Below are positions 10,541 through 20,617 of a stretch of DNA of 52,163 bases, in pieces. The position numbers and the translations under genes were made by a program. The DNA is from Actinomycetota bacterium (lineage in GTDB: Bacteria > Actinomycetota > Actinomycetes > Nanopelagicales > Nanopelagicaceae), in assembly GCA_009927575.1 (NCBI GenBank), contig RFMS01000123.1:1-52163 (forward strand). The letters run 5' to 3'. Below the pieces are notes generated by a model. The model was given only the letters and a program-made list of their open reading frames with translations, searched no databases and was not told the DNA's origin. Positions within the stretch are counted from its first letter, which is position 1. Every line of letters begins with the position of its first letter.

Positions 10541-11941
10541 TTGATGGAACTTTCGCTCTATGACACTCAATCTCGCTCCGAAAAGATAGTTACCTCAAAA
10601 AATAGCGAAGTCATCACCATCTATTGCTGTGGCCCTACTGTGTATCGAGACGCTCACATCGGAAATCTCCGTACTTTTCTCCTTACCGACCTCGTTGTTC
10701 GTGCACTACATGTCCTTGGAAAGAAGACGCTCGTCGTTCAAAACATCACGGATGTTGGACATATGACCGATGATTTTGAAGAGGATAAGTTGCTCGCACA
10801 AGGAAAATCTGAATCGCGTTCAGCACGTGATGTTGCTCGGGATTACGAAGGAAGGTTTCATCGAGATCTTGCTCATCTGAATATTTCGCCAGCCGATCAC
10901 TATCCTCGTGCAAGTGAATCCATCGATCTGATGTTTGCTCACATCCAAAAACTTATTGACTTGGGTCATGCTTATGTCGGAACTGATAACACGGTGTATT
11001 TCTCAGCAAAAAGTTTTCCTACTTATGGCGCAATAAGTGGAAATACATTAGAGAAACTCAAACCTGGACATCGATATGACTATGTCGATGATGGCGCAAA
11101 ACAGTTCCACGCGGATTGGGCGCTGTGGAAATCGTCACCCAATCGAAATGAAATGGTCTGGAACTCTCCCTGGGGAACTGGCTTTCCTGGTTGGCATATC
11201 GAATGTTCAGCTATGTCGCTGAAATTTCTTGAAGGCCATGTTGATCTTCATATTGGTGGAATTGATCTTCGTTTTCCCCATCACGAGAATGAGCGTGCGC
11301 AATCAAACCCGATTGTTAACGGCGAAGCTGTGTCGCAATGGCTCCACGGCGAACACTTACTCTTCGAAGGTAGAAAAATGTCTAAGAGTGCGGGCAATGT
11401 TGTTCTGGTATCTCATCTACTCGACAAGGGTCTCGATCCACTCGCATTGAGATTCTGCTTCCTTGAAAATCGATATCGAAGTCAGATGGATCTTTCATGG
11501 GAGTCGATAACTGCTGCCCATCAGACGCTAGCAAAATGGCGATTACTTGCTGCATCAACTCAACCCACTGCTCGCGATTCAATTCAGGCTTTGAATCAGG
11601 AAGTGAGAGAGATCGTCAATGAGATCGTGAGCGCTTTTTGCGATGATCTCGATACTCCGCGGGCGATGCAGATACTCCGAAGCGCAGTGAAAAGTTCGCT
11701 TGCCGATAATCTGAAAAGTTCACTTCTTAACGCCATTGAACCGCTCTTTGGACTCGCGCTCACTCGTGCCATTGATGTGAAAGAGCCCTCATCAGAGATT
11801 CTTCAACTACTTGAAGAGCGTCGCGCCGCTCGTGCCGCAAAAGATTTTAATTTAAGCGATGCGTTGCGAAAAAGACTTGATGAATTAGGAATTACTATTC
11901 ACGATGGACCAGAAGGTCAACGATGGGAATGGAAAATCTAA
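10541..11941 (+). CDS. cysS: cysteine--tRNA ligase
   Basis: 466-aa ORF. CGPTVYRDAHIGNLRTF (HIGH-type), WHIECSAMS, FPHHENERAQS and KMSKS motifs, plus a C-terminal anticodon-binding tail (RRAARAAKDFNLSDALRKRLDELGITIHD). Confidence 0.8.
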   Translation: MMELSLYDTQSRSEKIVTSKNSEVITIYCCGPTVYRDAHIGNLRTFLLTDLVVRALHVLGKKTLVVQNITDVGHMTDDFEEDKLLAQGKSESRSARDVARDYEGRFHRDLAHLNISPADHYPRASESIDLMFAHIQKLIDLGHAYVGTDNTVYFSAKSFPTYGAISGNTLEKLKPGHRYDYVDDGAKQFHADWALWKSSPNRNEMVWNSPWGTGFPGWHIECSAMSLKFLEGHVDLHIGGIDLRFPHHENERAQSNPIVNGEAVSQWLHGEHLLFEGRKMSKSAGNVVLVSHLLDKGLDPLALRFCFLENRYRSQMDLSWESITAAHQTLAKWRLLAASTQPTARDSIQALNQEVREIVNEIVSAFCDDLDTPRAMQILRSAVKSSLADNLKSSLLNAIEPLFGLALTRAIDVKEPSSEILQLLEERRAARAAKDFNLSDALRKRLDELGITIHDGPEGQRWEWKI

Positions 11942-12249
11942 GGTGCGAGCAGAGTTGCTATGAGAGCGCTCATGAATCCGAAAAGAACAAAGTTCGAGCC
12001 AGTTGAGCCGCCAGTAATTAATAACTCATCACCATTTCCGATTGTGCTCGCGCGCCACACAACACAAGTCCAACTTGCAGTAGCGATGAACTTGATTGTG
12101 CGCTCAAAGTAGATCTGTCCTATATAGCGAATCCCTGCAAACGTTCCTGCGACTGCGACTATTAATCCAACAGGTGGCCAGGCGTTATGAATGAAAGTGG
12201 CTGCGATGCCCAAAACAGCGCCGTATATCAATCCCCTTATTAATTTCAT
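11938..12249 (-). CDS. small integral membrane protein (3-4 TM; possibly the DUF6113-type partner of mshB)
   Basis: 103-aa hydrophobic ORF directly downstream of mshB on the same strand. No motif recognised; the family suggestion is from memory. Confidence 0.5.
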   Translation of the reverse strand: MKLIRGLIYGAVLGIAATFIHNAWPPVGLIVAVAGTFAGIRYIGQIYFERTIKFIATASWTCVVWRASTIGNGDELLITGGSTGSNFVLFGFMSALIATLLAP

Positions 12250-12262
12250 GAATGAAAATTCT

Positions 12263-13121
12263 TCACTTCACACCAGCAAAAATATCGGTCTCTCTACCTT
12301 TGCTATCGAAGGGGCCAGCCTTTTCACCGTGGACTAGCGTGTAATACTCGCTACCGAATACTTGTAGTCCAAGATTATTTGATAGCGCAAAGAAAGGTCC
12401 GTCAACGGAAATTTGAGTGGCATGTGCTTTCATCGCCGCCATTTTCTTTTCAACAAAGTCACTGCCATCGACAACCGTTGTTACTAATTCATCAGGTTGT
12501 GCAAAGGGAAAATCTTCTGCTTTCTCTACTCCCATAAAATCCGAACCGGTTTTCTTCATTGCTTCAATCCCCTTCCTCAATTACTGATCGAGGAATGGTG
12601 TTCCAATAAATCTTTGAGATTGAAAAGCCAGCTTCACGCGCTAATTCTGCGGCGCGCATCGCTACTCGATGCGCTTGAATGTGATCAGGATGGCCATAAC
12701 CGCCATTGGTGTCATAGGTAATAAGCACGTCAGGTTTAACTTCTAAAATCACTGATAAGAGTTCACGAGCCGCATCATCAAGATCTGCATTCCAGAAAAC
12801 ATCTGGTCTCGAGTTTGGTTCTGTTCCGACCATTCCGCTATCGCGCCATTGCCGATGTGGCGCACCAAGAAATCGATGATCTTTGACTCCAATAATGCGC
12901 ATCGCTTCTGCCAGCTCTTCAACTCGATGTTCGCCAAGGGTGTCATCGTGTGAACTTGCTAAGTGTGAGAGCGATGGAACTAAGACTTCACCTTCTTCGC
13001 CACGTGTGCATGTCACTAAAGTGACGCGCACTCCAGCGGCGACGTATTTCGCCATTGTCACCCCGTTATTAATAGTTTCATCATCGGGATGCGCGTGAAC
13101 AAGTAATAATGATTTCGTCAT
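12263..13121 (-). pseudogene. mshB: N-acetyl-1-D-myo-inositol-2-amino-2-deoxy-alpha-D-glucopyranoside deacetylase (LmbE family); frame broken at a C4 run, 12569-12572 (apparent extra base)
   Basis: Start at the internal ATG (codon 31 of ORF 12564..13211): [33 protein letters not shown]. ...[14 protein letters not shown] then continues as IEAMKKTG... in ORF 12263..12580. Confidence 0.8.
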
Positions 13122-13151
13122 ATGTGCCCATTCTGCCGTACGATGTTGCCA

Positions 13152-13763
13152 ATGAGTACTGATCAGAAAGATAACCGCGCGAGATTGCCACGCGATGAAC
13201 GGCGTGCTCAATTACTTGCCGCAGCGCTTGAAGTCTTTACGCAAGCTGGTTACCACGCAGCAGCGATGGATGAAATTGCCGATCGTGCGAGCGTCAGCAA
13301 ACCTGTTCTCTATCAGCATTTTCCATCAAAACTAGATCTATATCTCGCAGTTCTCGACTTACATATCGACTCTCTTGTCTTTGCCATTCAAAAAGCGATT
13401 GCCTCAACACCTGATAACGCTGAACGCGTCAAGGCAACAATTGATGCTTACTTCGGATTTATCGAAAGTGAAGGCGAAGCATTCCGACTTCTCTTTGAAA
13501 GCGACATGAGCGTTGAGCCACAAGTTCGTGAACGACTCAACCGCATGACCTATGACTGCGCCGCAGCAGTAAGTGCAGTCATCTCTATCGATACCGGATT
13601 ACCAAAAGAAGCGTCGATGCTATTAGCGATTGGAATTATCGGGAACGCACAAATCACTGCGCGACACTGGCTCGATCGAGATAGCACGATGACTCGTGAT
13701 CAAGCCTCGACCTTCGTCACAAACTTAATTTGGCGTGGAATTTCCGGATTCCCAAAATCCTAA
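13152..13763 (+). CDS. TetR/AcrR-family transcriptional regulator
   Basis: ORF 13122..13763. N-terminal [47 protein letters not shown]. The start is placed at the third Met (MSTDQKD); 13122 or 13143 are also possible. Confidence 0.8.
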   Translation: MSTDQKDNRARLPRDERRAQLLAAALEVFTQAGYHAAAMDEIADRASVSKPVLYQHFPSKLDLYLAVLDLHIDSLVFAIQKAIASTPDNAERVKATIDAYFGFIESEGEAFRLLFESDMSVEPQVRERLNRMTYDCAAAVSAVISIDTGLPKEASMLLAIGIIGNAQITARHWLDRDSTMTRDQASTFVTNLIWRGISGFPKS

Positions 13764-13776
13764 TAGACTCATAGAT

Positions 13777-14040
13777 ATGACGACGAAAAAACACACTGGT
13801 TCATCAAGCGCAGTATCTGAAATTCGTATTGCAGTATCGGATGTCGCTCGCGAAATCACTATCGAATCCGCTCTTGCTCAAGCAGAAATTCTTGACCGAG
13901 TAAATAAAGCGCTGAGTGCGAATGCTGCTGTTGTGTTCGACGATGTTCGAGGTCGACAATTCTTAATTCCTGCACAGAAAATTGGAGTTATAGAAATTGG
14001 CGATGCGACAGAACGCAAAGTTGGATTTACTAATTCATAA
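13777..14040 (+). CDS. DUF3107-like small protein
   Basis: Internal ATG of ORF 13735..14040, after the TetR stop. EIRIAVSDVAREITIES...FDDVRGRQFLIPAQKIGVIEIG resembles the actinobacterial DUF3107 family. Confidence 0.65.
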   Translation: MTTKKHTGSSSAVSEIRIAVSDVAREITIESALAQAEILDRVNKALSANAAVVFDDVRGRQFLIPAQKIGVIEIGDATERKVGFTNS

Positions 14041-14065
14041 GATTGAGAATCTATAATTAGAGTTA

Positions 14066-14979
14066 ATGCACGTGAAAATTGCACTAGAACCTGAACAATT
14101 TTCAGTTTATGTTGATGCAATTGAGAAATCTGGTGGCGTCGTAGCGCCACTAAATTCAGATGTCCATGCTCTTATTTGGACTGATTATGCTGATCCAGAA
14201 GGGCTAAAAACCACACTTGATCAAAACCCCCAATTAAAGTGGGTACAACTTCCATTTGCTGGAGTTGATGCGTTTGCCCACCTCCTGAACTATCCCGTGC
14301 TATTCACGAGTGCAAAACGAGCGTATGCAGAGCCCGTCGCAGAGCATGCACTCGCACTGGCACTCGCGCTGGGACGAACTATTCCGGAACGTGTAACGGC
14401 AAAGAGCTGGGGGAGAAAATTCGCTGCCTCTCTCTACGACGAAAATATTTTAATTATTGGTGGTGGTGGCATCGCAGAAAAATTAACTCATCTGCTCGAA
14501 CCATTTAGAGCCAAAGTAACAGTTCTTCGAAATCGAACTGATCAGCCATTTAACGGCAGCGCTGAAATACATGGAATTTCGAATTCAATTCTCTCTTGCC
14601 AAAGGCAAAATTTATTTTTATTGCCTGTGCACTGACTGATCAAACAAGGCATCTCTTTAACGAAAGAGCTTTCTCCACGATGCGATCAGATTCGTATCTG
14701 ATCAATGTGGCTCGTGGTGAAATCATTGATCAAACTGCGCTTCGCAATGCGCTAGAGCAGAAACACATCGCCGGTGCTGCGATTGATGTCACCTACCCGG
14801 AACCACTCCCCGATGACCACGAATTATGGAGCGTGCCAAACTTATTGATAACGCCACATACCGCGGACACACCTGAATTAGTGACGCATCTCTTTGCGGA
14901 GAGATTGCGTATCAACGTCGGTGCATGGATTAATGGAAAACCACTTACTGGCGAAGTTGAACCAGTTCTCGGATATTAG
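14066..14979 (+). pseudogene. D-isomer-specific 2-hydroxyacid dehydrogenase family protein; frame broken near 14580 (1-nt deletion)
   Basis: ORF 14066..14635 carries the NAD-binding GGGGIAEK. The sequence reads ...AEIHGIS / EFNSLLPKAKFIFIACALTDQTRHLFN across the shift into ORF 14596..14979 (INVARGEIID, ITPHTA). Confidence 0.8.
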
Positions 14980-14999
14980 TTGTGAAAACGGTTTAACGA

Positions 15000-15611
15000 T
15001 TAGGCGAAGAAATCTTTAATTGCACTCACGATCATCTCAACTGCAATAGCAGCCAATAAAAGGCCAGCAATTCGAGCAAGTAACATCACGCCAGATTCTT
15101 TAATCACTTTCACGATTGTCGTGGAGAACATCAGCGTTAGTGCAATCACGAGATGCACTCCAACAATTGCGAGTACTAACGCTAAACCGTAATTAAATGT
15201 ATGTACTTTTTGAACGTAAACCATTGTTGCGACGATAGCCCCCGGGCCAGCCAACAGCGGCGTTCCCAATGGCACTAATGCCACATTTACATCAGGGTTT
15301 GCGGTGGCGTTTCCCACTCCACCTCTCAGCAATTCCAGCGAGACAAGTAAAAGGAGTAACCCGCCAGCTGCTTGTAGCGCAGGGATTGAAATATTTAAGT
15401 AATTGAGAATGAGTCTTCCAAAAAGAGCGAAGAGGGTAATGACAAAGAATGAAACCGCAGCGCCTTGAATTGCTAATCGAACTTGGCGGCGTTGTGATTG
15501 ACCTTTTACTAATGAGAGAAATATCGGTGTTGCACCTGGTGGATCAAGAATGACAAGCAGAGTGACAAAAGCTTGCATTCCAAATGTCAGAGCTGTCACT
15601 GATGTACTCAT
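15000..15611 (-). CDS. MarC-family (UPF0056) integral membrane protein
   Basis: Internal ATG (codon 17 of ORF 15000..15659) overlaps the PHP gene stop in ATGA. LVILDPPGATPIFLSL is the typical MarC N-terminal motif. Multi-TM. Confidence 0.8.
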   Translation of the reverse strand: MSTSVTALTFGMQAFVTLLVILDPPGATPIFLSLVKGQSQRRQVRLAIQGAAVSFFVITLFALFGRLILNYLNISIPALQAAGGLLLLLVSLELLRGGVGNATANPDVNVALVPLGTPLLAGPGAIVATMVYVQKVHTFNYGLALVLAIVGVHLVIALTLMFSTTIVKVIKESGVMLLARIAGLLLAAIAVEMIVSAIKDFFA

Positions 15612-16453
15612 ATGCGCACCACTCTTCTCTGATCTGCGCGAGCTTCCAACTTCTCCCATTGTTCAGGTCGTGTTGAATTCTCGCCAAGTTGGTTGAGTTT
15701 ACCGTTTCCGTGGTAATCGCTGGCACCAGTAATTGCAAGGTCATATTCATAAGCGATTCGAAGTAACGATGCGCGTTCTGTCTCAGAATGATCACGATGG
15801 TCCACTTCAATGCCATCTAGCCCTGCATTTACTAAATCAGAGAACATCTCTGCAGTAATGATTCGTCCGCGATGAGATGCATACGCATGAGCAATCACTG
15901 CAACACCGCCAGCAGATTTGATGAGTTTGATTGCGTTGACTGGTGTCGGTGAGTAATGCGAGACGTAATACTTACTTTTATTGTGAAGGAGTGCCGTGAA
16001 CACTTCATCGCGAGTTTTCATCGTTCCTCGGGCAATAAGTGCATCGGCAAGGTGTGGTCGACCCAAAGTTGCACCGTCAGAAAGTTGAGCAAGCACTTCT
16101 TCGAGCGTGATTTCAATCCCGGCTTCATTGAGTCGCGCGACCATACGTCCCATTCGAGTCACGCGATTCTCGCGCGTTTTCGCCAATTCTTCGCGGAGCG
16201 CTTGATTGGATTCATCAAAGAGTAGGCCGAGCATATGAACACTAATTCCATCTTCTGTCTGACAAGAAATTTCAGAACCTAAAACTAAATTCATTCCAGT
16301 CGGTAGCGCTGAAATTGCTTCGCGCCAGCCACTCGTCGTGTCATGATCAGTAATTGCTAACGTCGTAATTCCAGCAGCATGTGCGTTTTTTACAAGCTCG
16401 GTTGGAGTATCTGTGCCATCACTGGCGTTTGAATGCGTATGAAGATCAATCAA
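15608..16453 (-). CDS. PHP-domain phosphoesterase (TrpH/YciV-like)
   Basis: TTG at 16453 gives (M)IDLHTHSNASDGTDTPTELV, the canonical PHP N-terminus. The TTG overlaps the EamA stop in TTGA. Further His motifs: ITDHDT, VIAHAY, GASDYHG. Confidence 0.8.
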   Translation of the reverse strand: MIDLHTHSNASDGTDTPTELVKNAHAAGITTLAITDHDTTSGWREAISALPTGMNLVLGSEISCQTEDGISVHMLGLLFDESNQALREELAKTRENRVTRMGRMVARLNEAGIEITLEEVLAQLSDGATLGRPHLADALIARGTMKTRDEVFTALLHNKSKYYVSHYSPTPVNAIKLIKSAGGVAVIAHAYASHRGRIITAEMFSDLVNAGLDGIEVDHRDHSETERASLLRIAYEYDLAITGASDYHGNGKLNQLGENSTRPEQWEKLEARADQRRVVRI

Positions 16454-17358
16454 GATGACGTGCTCTCTGAGATAGATTTTTGTGAGCGAAGAACAAATAC
16501 GCCACAGCCAATGAGAATCAAAATAATTCCTGGCATCACCGCACCTGGCGGAGTTTGATTGAGCCACCACCAAGCTAAGAGCGCAGCTACTGGAACTTCA
16601 AAGAAAACGATGAGCGAAACAACAGTTGGCGAAACCCGTTTGAGAGCGAAATTAAACATGGTATGCCCAAGAATCTGCGCGCTGGCAATAAGAGCAAGAA
16701 GTAGTAACCAGTCTTTACCTGAATAACCAAAAGCTTGCTGTTTCATCAAGAATATAACTGGGAAAGCAGTTGCCGTAGTAGCGGCATAACACACAGTGGT
16801 GTAGGTAAATGTTGAGATTTTTTGTTGTGCTTGCGAACCGATAATGACATACGCTGCAGAAAGTGCACCAGAAACTAACCCAGAAATGTCGCCAAGGAAT
16901 GCTCGCCATGAAAGTTGTAAGTCAACGCCTGTTATAACAACTACTCCGATAAATGAAATCGCCATCCCTAGCCATGCTGGTTTTGGAATGTGGCCTCCAA
17001 GAAATGTTGTAAAGATCGCTGCAAAGATTGGTTGCATCGCGGCAAGAGCAGTACCTGTTGCAACGCTGGTATAACGCATACTGTAAAAAAAGCCGACGAA
17101 ATGTGCAGCCAATAAAACGCCTGCGAGTGCGGCCCATGCCATTCCTCGACGTTGTTCTGCGGTTCGCCACTCACGGACTCGAAGTGCAAAGGGAAGAAGC
17201 AAAAGGGTTCCGCCAAGATTTCGCCAGAAGATCAGTGCTAATACGGGAATTGTGGTGAGAGCAATGATTGGTCCAGACATTCCCACACCAAGAATTCCAA
17301 GAAGTAGTAACGGAATATCTCGACCTACTGGCATTTTTGTGTGGTTCTGATCTTTCAC
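16450..17358 (-). CDS. EamA/DMT-superfamily transporter
   Basis: 302-aa ORF with about 10 TM segments and a two-fold EamA-like repeat organisation. Confidence 0.75.
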   Translation of the reverse strand: MKDQNHTKMPVGRDIPLLLLGILGVGMSGPIIALTTIPVLALIFWRNLGGTLLLLPFALRVREWRTAEQRRGMAWAALAGVLLAAHFVGFFYSMRYTSVATGTALAAMQPIFAAIFTTFLGGHIPKPAWLGMAISFIGVVVITGVDLQLSWRAFLGDISGLVSGALSAAYVIIGSQAQQKISTFTYTTVCYAATTATAFPVIFLMKQQAFGYSGKDWLLLLALIASAQILGHTMFNFALKRVSPTVVSLIVFFEVPVAALLAWWWLNQTPPGAVMPGIILILIGCGVFVLRSQKSISESTSS

Positions 17359-17386
17359 AGAGAAAACTTACACGCGACTGTCGATA

Positions 17387-18664
17387 ATGAAGGGTTACCC
17401 TTCTCCTATGAGCGGGAATGTAATAGATCGTGTATTCCTCGCCCGGCTAGCAGGGACAGCAGTCTTTGAACCCAATGGGGATCAAGTTGGCAAGGTGCGA
17501 GATGCTGTCGCGACCCTTCGTGCAAATAATCAACCTCCGCGAATTCTCGGTTTAATAGTTGAAGTTCCACCGCGCCGAAGAATTTTCGTGCCAATTACAC
17601 GCGTCACCTCAATCGAAAGTGGCACAGTTGTTATTACAGGATCTCTCAATATGCGTCGTTATGAGCAACGTCAGAATGAAATTCTTGTGATCGCAGAAAT
17701 GCTTGATCGAACTGTCACTCTCGTTGAAAGTGGTGAAGGTGTAACTGTTGAAGATATTGCGATGGAACCAACTCGCACTGGTGATTGGTTTCTCAATCGC
17801 GTACACGTTATGCGAAAAGGTCGTGGACTTCGACGAGGTGCATCATCAACAGTTAATTGGGATGATATTTCGGGTATCGCACTCCATGAATCCAATCAAG
17901 GAGTTGGCAACCTTTTAGCAACAATCGCTAATTTACGTGCGCCAGATCTAGCATCGATGTTGCATGACTTGACTTTGAAACGACGAGTTGAAATTGCTCG
18001 CGCACTTGATGATGAACGTCTCGCTGATGTATTAGAAGAGATGGACGAAGCTGCTCGAGTTGAGTTATTAGCAGAATTAGAAGGAGAACGTGCAGCAGAT
18101 GTTCTCGGAGAAATGGATCCAGATGACGCTGCAGATTTGCTCCGCGAAGTTGGGCAAGAGCGCGCACAAACACTTCTTGAACTTATGGAACCAGATGACG
18201 CGGAAGATGTTCGACGCTTGATGCGCTATGAAGATTATTCAGCTGGTGGAATGATGACAACTGAGCCGATCGTGCTCACTGCAGATACTTCAGTTGCGGA
18301 AGCGCTCGCCACCGTTCGTCGGAGCGAAATCTCACCTGCGCTTGCATCACAGGTATATGTCTGTCGATCACCGCTAGAAACTCCCACTGGTCGCTTTATA
18401 GGAATTGTTCATATTCAACGATTACTTCGCGAAGTACCATCAACGCTTCTCGGCTCGATTGTTGATACGGATACTTCTGCGCTAGCTCCAGAAACCAATC
18501 TCAACGATGTCTCTTCATACCTCGCAAGTTATAACTTGCTTGCCGTACCCATCGTTGATTCCAATGAACGGTTGTTAGGTGCAGTGACAGTTGATGACGT
18601 TCTCGACCACTTACTGCCAGAAAATTGGCGACATCGAAGCCATACAGTGACGGAGGTGCAATGA
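17387..18664 (+). CDS. soluble MgtE-N-domain plus CBS-pair protein with an N-terminal PRC-barrel-like region (no membrane domain)
   Basis: 425-aa ORF. Acidic helical MgtE_N-type repeats (LADVLEEMDEAARVELLAEL, AADLLREVGQERAQTLLELMEPDDAEDVRRLM) followed by a CBS pair (MMTTEPIVL..., LLAVPIVDSNERLLGAVTVDDVLD). The ORF ends without any hydrophobic segment. Confidence 0.8.
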   Translation: MKGYPSPMSGNVIDRVFLARLAGTAVFEPNGDQVGKVRDAVATLRANNQPPRILGLIVEVPPRRRIFVPITRVTSIESGTVVITGSLNMRRYEQRQNEILVIAEMLDRTVTLVESGEGVTVEDIAMEPTRTGDWFLNRVHVMRKGRGLRRGASSTVNWDDISGIALHESNQGVGNLLATIANLRAPDLASMLHDLTLKRRVEIARALDDERLADVLEEMDEAARVELLAELEGERAADVLGEMDPDDAADLLREVGQERAQTLLELMEPDDAEDVRRLMRYEDYSAGGMMTTEPIVLTADTSVAEALATVRRSEISPALASQVYVCRSPLETPTGRFIGIVHIQRLLREVPSTLLGSIVDTDTSALAPETNLNDVSSYLASYNLLAVPIVDSNERLLGAVTVDDVLDHLLPENWRHRSHTVTEVQ

Positions 18665-19161
18665 TGGCTGGAAATAAAGGGCTTGATACGCCACGTACCG
18701 CTCGTCGATCATTTCGACCATCGTATGATCCGGAAACATTCGGCCGACTTTCTGAGCGATTCGCACGATTCCTTGGAACAGCGCGCTTTTTGGTTTACAT
18801 GTCAATCTTTGTTGCGCTCTGGGCTGGATGGAACTCGCTCGCACCTGAACGGTTACGGTTTGATTCATATCCATTTATTTTCTTAACGTTGATTCTTTCG
18901 CTGCAAGCTTCTTATGCTGCGCCACTCATTTTGTTAGCGCAAAATCGCCAAGCAGATCGTGATCGCGTTCAGTATCAAGAAGATCGCACGCGTGATGAAC
19001 GAAATATCGCCGATACCGAATACTTAACGCGTGAGCTAGCGAGCTTACGAACAGCGATTAGTGAAGTGGCAACGCGTGATTATGTTCGCGGTGAAATACA
19101 AGAAGCGCTTGAAGAGATCTTGAGCGAACTACGTGGAAAGTCCGAGACGGACTCCAACTAA
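18661..19161 (+). CDS. DUF1003-family membrane protein
   Basis: ATGATG at 18661 overlaps the upstream TGA (ATGA). Two TM helices (FLVYMSIFVALWAGW, FIFLTLILSLQASYAAPLILLAQNRQ) followed by a charged coiled tail. Confidence 0.75.
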   Translation: MMAGNKGLDTPRTARRSFRPSYDPETFGRLSERFARFLGTARFLVYMSIFVALWAGWNSLAPERLRFDSYPFIFLTLILSLQASYAAPLILLAQNRQADRDRVQYQEDRTRDERNIADTEYLTRELASLRTAISEVATRDYVRGEIQEALEEILSELRGKSETDSN

Positions 19162-20247
19162 CGACTTCTTTCGTTGCGTTAAAGACGTCACGATTGTAGA
19201 AATTTCTTTCGCTGCTGCTGAATCAGGATGTGCAATCACTATCGGTTGACCGTTATCGCCACCCTCGCGAAGCTCACCATCAAAGGGAACTTTGGCAATT
19301 ACTGGAACATCTGCACCTAAAAGCGTGCTGAGACGTTGCGCCGTGGCTTCACCGCCACCTTCTCCGAATAATGAAATGTCTTTACCGCAATGTGGGCATG
19401 GGAAATTCGACATATTCTCAATGACGCCAATGACATGTTGTTTGAGTTGATGTGCGATTCGTCCCGCCCGTTCTGCTACTTCAGCTGCTGCGACCTGCGG
19501 AGTCGTCACCACGATAATTTCCGATGCAGGAATGAGTTGACCAAGTGAGATTGCAATATCACCGGTGCCTGGTGGCAGATCAAGGAAGAGAAAATCGAGA
19601 TCTCCCCAGTATGCATCACTTAATAATTGTTCTAAAACGCGATGAAGAAGCGGTCCTCGATATGCAACGGGATCGGCTCGATCTGGTTTAAACATCTCCA
19701 TGGAGACGACTTTGACGCCATACGATTCAAGTGGAATGAAGGTCTGATCAATCGCTGTTGGTCGCTTGCCTTCCAACGACATAAGTCGTGGAATGGAATG
19801 GCCGTACACATCGGCATCCAAAATTCCTACTTTAAAACCAGCTTGCGCTGTAGCAATTGCAATATTCACCGTTAAGGATGATTTACCAACTCCACCTTTT
19901 CCAGATGCAATACCGATGACGCGTGTGAGCGAATCTGGTTGTGCAAACGGAATAAATGCTTCTCGTCCGCCACGGATTAATTTCTTCACTTCATTGCGTT
20001 GTGTTTCATTCATGACGCCAAAGTCAATCTTTACATCAGTGATTCCATCGATGCTTGAAACAGCATTTACTACATCGCTTCGTAAGCGATCTTTCATAGG
20101 ACAACCAGCGATTGTTAAAAGAATTCTGATTGAGGCGATTCCTGAGTCAACATTTACTGACTCAACCATTCCTAATTCGGTAATTGGTCGGTGTAGCTCT
20201 GGATCAATGACAGACGAGAGCGCTGACGTAATACGTTCAGTAGTCAT
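19129..20247 (-). CDS. mrp: Mrp/ApbC-type Fe-S cluster carrier ATPase
   Basis: 372-aa ORF. N-terminal DUF59-like domain, P-loop GIASGKGGVGKSS, CPHCG cluster-binding motif. Confidence 0.9.
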   Translation of the reverse strand: MTTERITSALSSVIDPELHRPITELGMVESVNVDSGIASIRILLTIAGCPMKDRLRSDVVNAVSSIDGITDVKIDFGVMNETQRNEVKKLIRGGREAFIPFAQPDSLTRVIGIASGKGGVGKSSLTVNIAIATAQAGFKVGILDADVYGHSIPRLMSLEGKRPTAIDQTFIPLESYGVKVVSMEMFKPDRADPVAYRGPLLHRVLEQLLSDAYWGDLDFLFLDLPPGTGDIAISLGQLIPASEIIVVTTPQVAAAEVAERAGRIAHQLKQHVIGVIENMSNFPCPHCGKDISLFGEGGGEATAQRLSTLLGADVPVIAKVPFDGELREGGDNGQPIVIAHPDSAAAKEISTIVTSLTQRKKSLVGVRLGLST

Positions 20248-20264
20248 TACAGAGTTAAATCCAT

Positions 20265-20579
20265 TTATAAAATATCTGGATCAAGTTGAACTGCTTTCTT
20301 CAGTTCTTTCACTTCCTTTACCGGTGAATCAACTTGATCGACAACGCTGGTGATATGTTTTTTGATAAAGGTTTTAGGATGCAAATCCTTCACATCAAGG
20401 TCCTCATATCCAGGTCCTAAATTGCTTCGAAGTTCCTGAGTGAGACCTTGCGCCAGGTTTCGTAACTTCACGTAGAGCTTTGCTGCATCTGAAGCAACGC
20501 GTGGCATACGTTCTGGGCCAACAAGAATTACCGCAAGGATAAAGAGTCCGAGAAATTCACCTGACCCGATGTTGAACAT
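20265..20579 (-). CDS. tatB: twin-arginine translocase subunit TatB (TatA/B/E family)
   Basis: 104-aa ORF. MFNIGSGEFLGLFILAVILVGPERMP followed by an amphipathic helix. Confidence 0.8.
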   Translation of the reverse strand: MFNIGSGEFLGLFILAVILVGPERMPRVASDAAKLYVKLRNLAQGLTQELRSNLGPGYEDLDVKDLHPKTFIKKHITSVVDQVDSPVKEVKELKKAVQLDPDIL

Positions 20580-20591
20580 GACCCCATCCTA

Positions 20592-20616
20592 GTTATGCGG
20601 CGATGTTCCGCATAAC
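20592..20616 (-). other. intergenic stem-loop (9-bp perfect stem, 7-nt loop) between the htrA stop and the tatB start
   Basis: gttatgcgg (20592-20600) and ccgcataac (20608-20616) are perfect reverse complements. There is no clear U-tract on the transcribed (minus) strand. Confidence 0.4.
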
Positions 20617-20617
20617 G

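Noticed and set aside
10541-11941. Assignment as MshC (mycothiol ligase) because mshB is nearby
   Set aside because: The protein has the CysS-type HHENE.AQS motif and a full C-terminal anticodon-binding extension (466 aa). As I recall them, MshC proteins are about 410 aa, read HEYSAAH at that position and lack that tail.
19766-20353. 195-aa plus-strand ORF that could be read as an overlapping or antisense gene
   Set aside because: It lies almost entirely inside the well-supported mrp CDS on the opposite strand. It has no recognisable motif and a Pro/Ser/Ile-rich composition typical of a shadow ORF of a real gene.
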